DNA of 64,000 nt from Candidatus Bathyarchaeia archaeon (lineage in GTDB: Archaea > Thermoproteota > CALKCG01 > B24), in NCBI GenBank assembly GCA_038870975.1, contig JAVZJD010000001.1, positions 224,001-288,000 of the forward strand, given 5' to 3'. The notes below the pieces were generated by a model. It was not told the DNA's origin and searched no databases. It saw only the letters and a list, made by a program, of their open reading frames with translations. A program made the translations under genes and the position numbers. This document shows, piece by piece, positions 60,098-64,000 of this stretch (positions are counted from its first letter, which is position 1; every line of letters begins with the position of its first letter).

Positions 60098-62122
60098 CTA
60101 ATCTTCAAAGTAGAGTATTTCAACATCATGCGAGTTAAGTGTAACTTTAACGGTTTCACCTTTTACATGTAGACCTCTGAGTAAGCTTTTAGCTTCCAAT
60201 ACTTTACCGAAGTCTAATTCTACAGTCTTACTTTTGGGATCATGGTTTATTAAGAATAGTAGACGATAGTCACGTCCTTCTTTAGAAACCAATTCAACAG
60301 GTTCTCCTCTGAGTTCGACTGGAGGTTTAACTAACCTTTCCTCAATGATTCTATCTGCTATAAGTTTAGATGCGTCTTGAGTCAGAAAGCAACCAATGTA
60401 TACAGCGTAACCCCTACCATAACGATTAAGTGTTATAGCTGGTCTACCCTTAAGCCATTCATATTCATGAACCCCCAGAACTTGGGCAGAAGTTACCGTT
60501 AACTCTTCCAGCCAACCTGAAACCGACGTTTGTCCATATTGAGTAGATACTTTCACCTCTATCTCAGGTGGTATAGATGTGTAATCTGTCACCCGTAGTC
60601 CGAATAGATCTTTAAGTTCGCCTGGAAGGCCGTTTGAGTATACACGGTTAAATTCATCTTTAACAGAAGTTCTAGCCGTTGCTATAAGCAAACCTCCGTT
60701 TTCCACGTAGTTTTTAAGTTTTTCTATTAGATTTTTATTCGTCAAATATAGGAATGGGGCTAGTAGTATACGGTAGTTTTTAAAATCATGGTCTGGAGAT
60801 ATTACGTCTACATTTACGCCATGATGCCAGAAGCCTTTATAGGCATTCAATGCTTGTTCATGGTAGCTTTTAGCATAGTACCTATTTTCAATTAATGTAG
60901 CCCAGAGAGAATCATATGAGAATATAAGTCCGACATCGCTTTTACATTTTGCATCGACTAGGATTTCACCAATCTTCTTTAGCTCTTCACCGGTTCTCTT
61001 TACTTCTAAGTACCTTCGGTTTATCTCACCATCATGGTTTAAAATACCATGCCAATACTGTTCTTTGCCAAAACACACGGTACGGTATCTGAAGTAGACT
61101 ACGCCTTCAGCTCCATGGGCAATTGCTTGGTAAAGCCATTTCCTTAACTCACCTGGGTCAGGTGTTACTCCTATTGGATGCCCAGCATAGCCATCAGTTG
61201 GTCCAGCCTGAAGCTCCATAACCCAAAAGCTCTCCATACCCATGCATCTAGTAGCATCGTGAAGCATGGATATCCAAGCAGGATCGTAATATGCTCTAGC
61301 AAACTTAGGGTAGCAATCCCATGAAGGAAAGTCTAGGTTTCTACTTAAATCGTAATAGTCCACGCCTGGAAAAAGCCCCATTAGATTCGTCGTCACCTTT
61401 TTATTAGGGCTTATAGATTTCAATATTCGTACCTGTATTTTAAGGAACTCTACAAAAGACTTTGACCTAAATCTAAACCAGTCTAAGCTTAGCCCTCTGT
61501 TACATTCATCGAAGGGTGGGGTTGGAGGATGTATTTCATCCCAATCTCCATACTCATGGCTCCAGAATATCGTTCCATATACTTTATTGAGTTCACTTAT
61601 AGATCCATACTTGTTTTTAAGCCAGTTTCTAAAGAGAGTAACACAGTGGTCACAGTAGCAGTATTCGTCGCCAAGGGAGAGCTCGTTATCTATCTGATAT
61701 CCTATGACGTCCGGATTATCCCTATAGTGTTTAGCCATAGCTTCCACAATTCTCTCAGAGGCTTTAATGTAGTTTGGATTATTGGGACAGTAGTGCCTCC
61801 TAGCAACAGGAGGCATTCTATGTCCTTGGAAATTTACAGGTAGGATGTCTGGATGGGCTTTTACAAGCCATGGTGGGGGAGCCGCAGTCGGAGTACCTAA
61901 TACTGCCTTAATACCCTTAGTGGAGAGAAGCTCTATAACTTCATCAAGCCATTGAAAGTTGAACTTGCCTGGTGAAGGCTCAAGTCTACACCATGCAAAC
62001 TCTGCAAGTCTAACCACGTTAAACCCAGCGCTACTGATAAGCTCGGCATCCAACCCTCTTCTCTCAATAGGCCAATGTTCAGGATAATAGTCTACACCAA
62101 ACCACAGTTTAATGCTACTCAT
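60098..62122 (-). CDS. GH42 beta-galactosidase family glycosidase
   Basis: GVDYYPEHW, AEFAW, PTAAPP.W, IDNE (acid/base), VMELQ (nucleophile), EQYWHG. ATG 62122 follows AAGGAG; alternative GTG 62158 overlaps the RuBisCO stop. Confidence 0.92.
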   Translation of the reverse strand: MSSIKLWFGVDYYPEHWPIERRGLDAELISSAGFNVVRLAEFAWCRLEPSPGKFNFQWLDEVIELLSTKGIKAVLGTPTAAPPPWLVKAHPDILPVNFQGHRMPPVARRHYCPNNPNYIKASERIVEAMAKHYRDNPDVIGYQIDNELSLGDEYCYCDHCVTLFRNWLKNKYGSISELNKVYGTIFWSHEYGDWDEIHPPTPPFDECNRGLSLDWFRFRSKSFVEFLKIQVRILKSISPNKKVTTNLMGLFPGVDYYDLSRNLDFPSWDCYPKFARAYYDPAWISMLHDATRCMGMESFWVMELQAGPTDGYAGHPIGVTPDPGELRKWLYQAIAHGAEGVVYFRYRTVCFGKEQYWHGILNHDGEINRRYLEVKRTGEELKKIGEILVDAKCKSDVGLIFSYDSLWATLIENRYYAKSYHEQALNAYKGFWHHGVNVDVISPDHDFKNYRILLAPFLYLTNKNLIEKLKNYVENGGLLIATARTSVKDEFNRVYSNGLPGELKDLFGLRVTDYTSIPPEIEVKVSTQYGQTSVSGWLEELTVTSAQVLGVHEYEWLKGRPAITLNRYGRGYAVYIGCFLTQDASKLIADRIIEERLVKPPVELRGEPVELVSKEGRDYRLLFLINHDPKSKTVELDFGKVLEAKSLLRGLHVKGETVKVTLNSHDVEILYFED

Positions 62123-62154
62123 AGAACCATAGCTCCTTGAGGGGGGATAAGTAG

Positions 62155-63501
62155 TCACTCTTCAGAGAGGAATTTCGTACCCCAATATTCTAAGGCTTCT
62201 CTTAATTCAATGTGCTCTTTAGCGTATTCTTCCAATGGGATGCCTTCCATAAATGCTTCCATAGCCTGCAACATGGCTGTTGCACCGATTCTAGTCCCCT
62301 TAGGATGCCCGTGAATTCCACCTCCAGCGTTCAACTGAATATCTGGAGAGCCTAACAGTTGTAGGTTTATCGGGACTAGGGCTGGATGTATTCCGCCTGA
62401 GGCGACGGGCAATACTGGTTTAAGATCATACCAATTGCTTCTTAGGAAGTCATTTATGTAACGGATCCCAGCAATGCCGGAGAATTTTTCAAACTGTTTC
62501 AAAGTGCCGCTACCAGGCTTTTCCATTTTACCTTTAGCTGTTCCAGTATGTAGCTGATCTCCACCAGCCAGCCTAACTAGTTTAGCCAATACAAGCATAT
62601 GAATACCGTGATCTGGGGTTCTAGTCATAGCAGCATGTAAACATCTATGAACATGAATTGGAACTTTAACAGAGGGGTCTTCTGCAAGCGCTCTTAAAAT
62701 GGGATAACCTGTGCAAAGTACGTCAACCATTATACAATTAGCACCATTATCAAGCGCTGTTTCAACGTTTTTCCATAGCATATCTAAATCCGCCGTAACG
62801 TCGACTGCGTACAGTACCGTTCTACCAGTTTCCTCTTTAACCTTATCGAGCATATCCATTACGTGTGAGACCCTCTCCTCCAAACGATTAAACTTTTGAC
62901 TTGTAAGCGTTTCATCGTCTTTTATAAAGTCAACGCCACCTATCGCCGCCTCATAAGCCACTTTAGCAGTTTCTTCGGGGCTAAGCCCTACTTTAGGCTT
63001 AATTATCGTACCTAGGTGGGGTCTTGGATTTCTATTAGTACCAATTATCTTCCTAACGCCTTCTATGCCAAACTTTGGTCCTTTAAACATCTTAACGTAC
63101 TGCTTGGGTAAATTCACATCCAGTAGTCTTACGCTTTTCAAAGCACCTATTCCGAAAAGGTTGCCAGCTATTATTGAAAGCATATGTGAAATCCCAGCTT
63201 CCAAATCGAATAGGTCCAGAGGGAAGGCTACTTGCACCAGCCCTCCGCCGTTCAACTTATCCACGTGAAATACTTTACCCGCCAGCTTCAACACTCTATC
63301 GGTTATTGTTACAACTTTAGTCCATGTTCCTATCGACTGTTCAGCCGCAAGGTTTATTGCAGCGCCTTGAAGGTTGACTCCTTCCTTTGGAGTCATATAG
63401 TATAGACATGTAACATAACGGTCTGGGTCTATCTCTTCAACACTAGCTGTAAACGTCTTTATCCAAAATTCCTCTTCAAACCACTCCTTTAGCGCACTCA
63501 T
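62155..63501 (-). CDS. rbcL: RuBisCO large subunit, Form III-like, catalytic residues intact
   Basis: AAEQSIGTWT, AGNLFG, KPK, DFIKDDE, HRCLH, QLHTGT, GKM (loop-6 Lys), ASGG, GGGIHGHP. Confidence 0.92.
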   Translation of the reverse strand: MSALKEWFEEEFWIKTFTASVEEIDPDRYVTCLYYMTPKEGVNLQGAAINLAAEQSIGTWTKVVTITDRVLKLAGKVFHVDKLNGGGLVQVAFPLDLFDLEAGISHMLSIIAGNLFGIGALKSVRLLDVNLPKQYVKMFKGPKFGIEGVRKIIGTNRNPRPHLGTIIKPKVGLSPEETAKVAYEAAIGGVDFIKDDETLTSQKFNRLEERVSHVMDMLDKVKEETGRTVLYAVDVTADLDMLWKNVETALDNGANCIMVDVLCTGYPILRALAEDPSVKVPIHVHRCLHAAMTRTPDHGIHMLVLAKLVRLAGGDQLHTGTAKGKMEKPGSGTLKQFEKFSGIAGIRYINDFLRSNWYDLKPVLPVASGGIHPALVPINLQLLGSPDIQLNAGGGIHGHPKGTRIGATAMLQAMEAFMEGIPLEEYAKEHIELREALEYWGTKFLSEE

Positions 63502-63861
63502 GAAAAATAGACACCCATTTAAGAGTCAGAATAGTTGAAAATAAAAACCTAATTGTTCATTTCCATTACACAGTCCTTGCTGCAAACAGTTGAGTTTATT
63601 AGAAGTATCCCCATGATTGATTCTTCCATAGTTGCAGGAATATGCCAACTTTATCCAATTTAAGACGATATAACATTGCCTTTGGTTTAAGATTAAATGC
63701 TGAATACAGTGTCTAAATGCTTGTGTAAGATCGGTCTTGAGTATGTATTGTCAAACGATAACCTAGAGTCATTCAGAATACGTATGAAGATGTAGATTTT
63801 ACTGAAGGAAAGGAAAATGATTAATTTTTAAACAGAGACAACTATTTAGAGGAGTTTAACT

Positions 63862-64000
63862 ATGAGGTATTTCTTAGGTTTAGATATAGGTACTAAAAAT
63901 ATTAAAGCAGCCATTTTGAATGACGAAGGCAAAGTAGAAGAAGATGCTTTAACACCAGTTTACGACCTTATACATCAGCCCAGAGATGGGTTCGTGGAGC
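63862..64000 (+). CDS. FGGY carbohydrate kinase, N-terminal fragment (runs off the window)
   Basis: MRYFLGLDIGTKNIKAAILNDEG...QPRDGFVE; GAGGAG RBS. Confidence 0.8.
   Translation, partial: MRYFLGLDIGTKNIKAAILNDEGKVEEDALTPVYDLIHQPRDGFVE

Noticed and set aside
62155-63501. RuBisCO-like protein (Form IV) suggested by the sugar context
   Set aside because: All carboxylation residues, including the loop-6 Lys, H294/R295 and N123, are present
1-64000. tRNA/rRNA genes, CRISPR arrays, IS elements, inteins
   Set aside because: No T-loop/cloverleaf, repeat-spacer periodicity, transposase ORF or intein-sized insertion was seen by eye

Overview
Archaeal chromosomal window, TACK/Thermoproteota-like and possibly Bathyarchaeia-like (inferred from CdvABC, a two-subunit splicing endonuclease, Rpo4/11/12, TFS, aCPSF1-psmB and GGAGGTGA-type RBSs). 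Left (1-20.5 kb): a mosaic, interrupted de novo purine cluster (purF, purF-like, purD, glyA, folD, purN, folC, double-PurS, purL, purQ, purE, purC, purM). Next, a five-gene cell-division block (ESCRT-III paralog, cdvA, cdvB, cdvC/Vps4, Lrp regulator), then tRNA-metabolism genes (rpo12, glyS, endA, tiaS) and a housekeeping information-processing run (srp54 to tfs, eIF5A). Right: an ArsR-like regulator with an ABC exporter, aCPSF1/psmB, and a sugar-catabolic locus in which a Form III RuBisCO with intact catalytic residues heads a GH42 plus FGGY-kinase gene run, with a second FGGY kinase divergent. Elements missing from the ORF track: a dual-guide C/D box sRNA (31704-31767, minus) whose predicted 23S targets match the eukaryotic Am2256/Am2281 sites, rpo12, an apparent ACG start for rpl21e, a gene split by one in-frame TGA, a frameshifted amidohydrolase relic and several operator-like repeats. 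No tRNA, rRNA, CRISPR array or intact mobile element was recognised.
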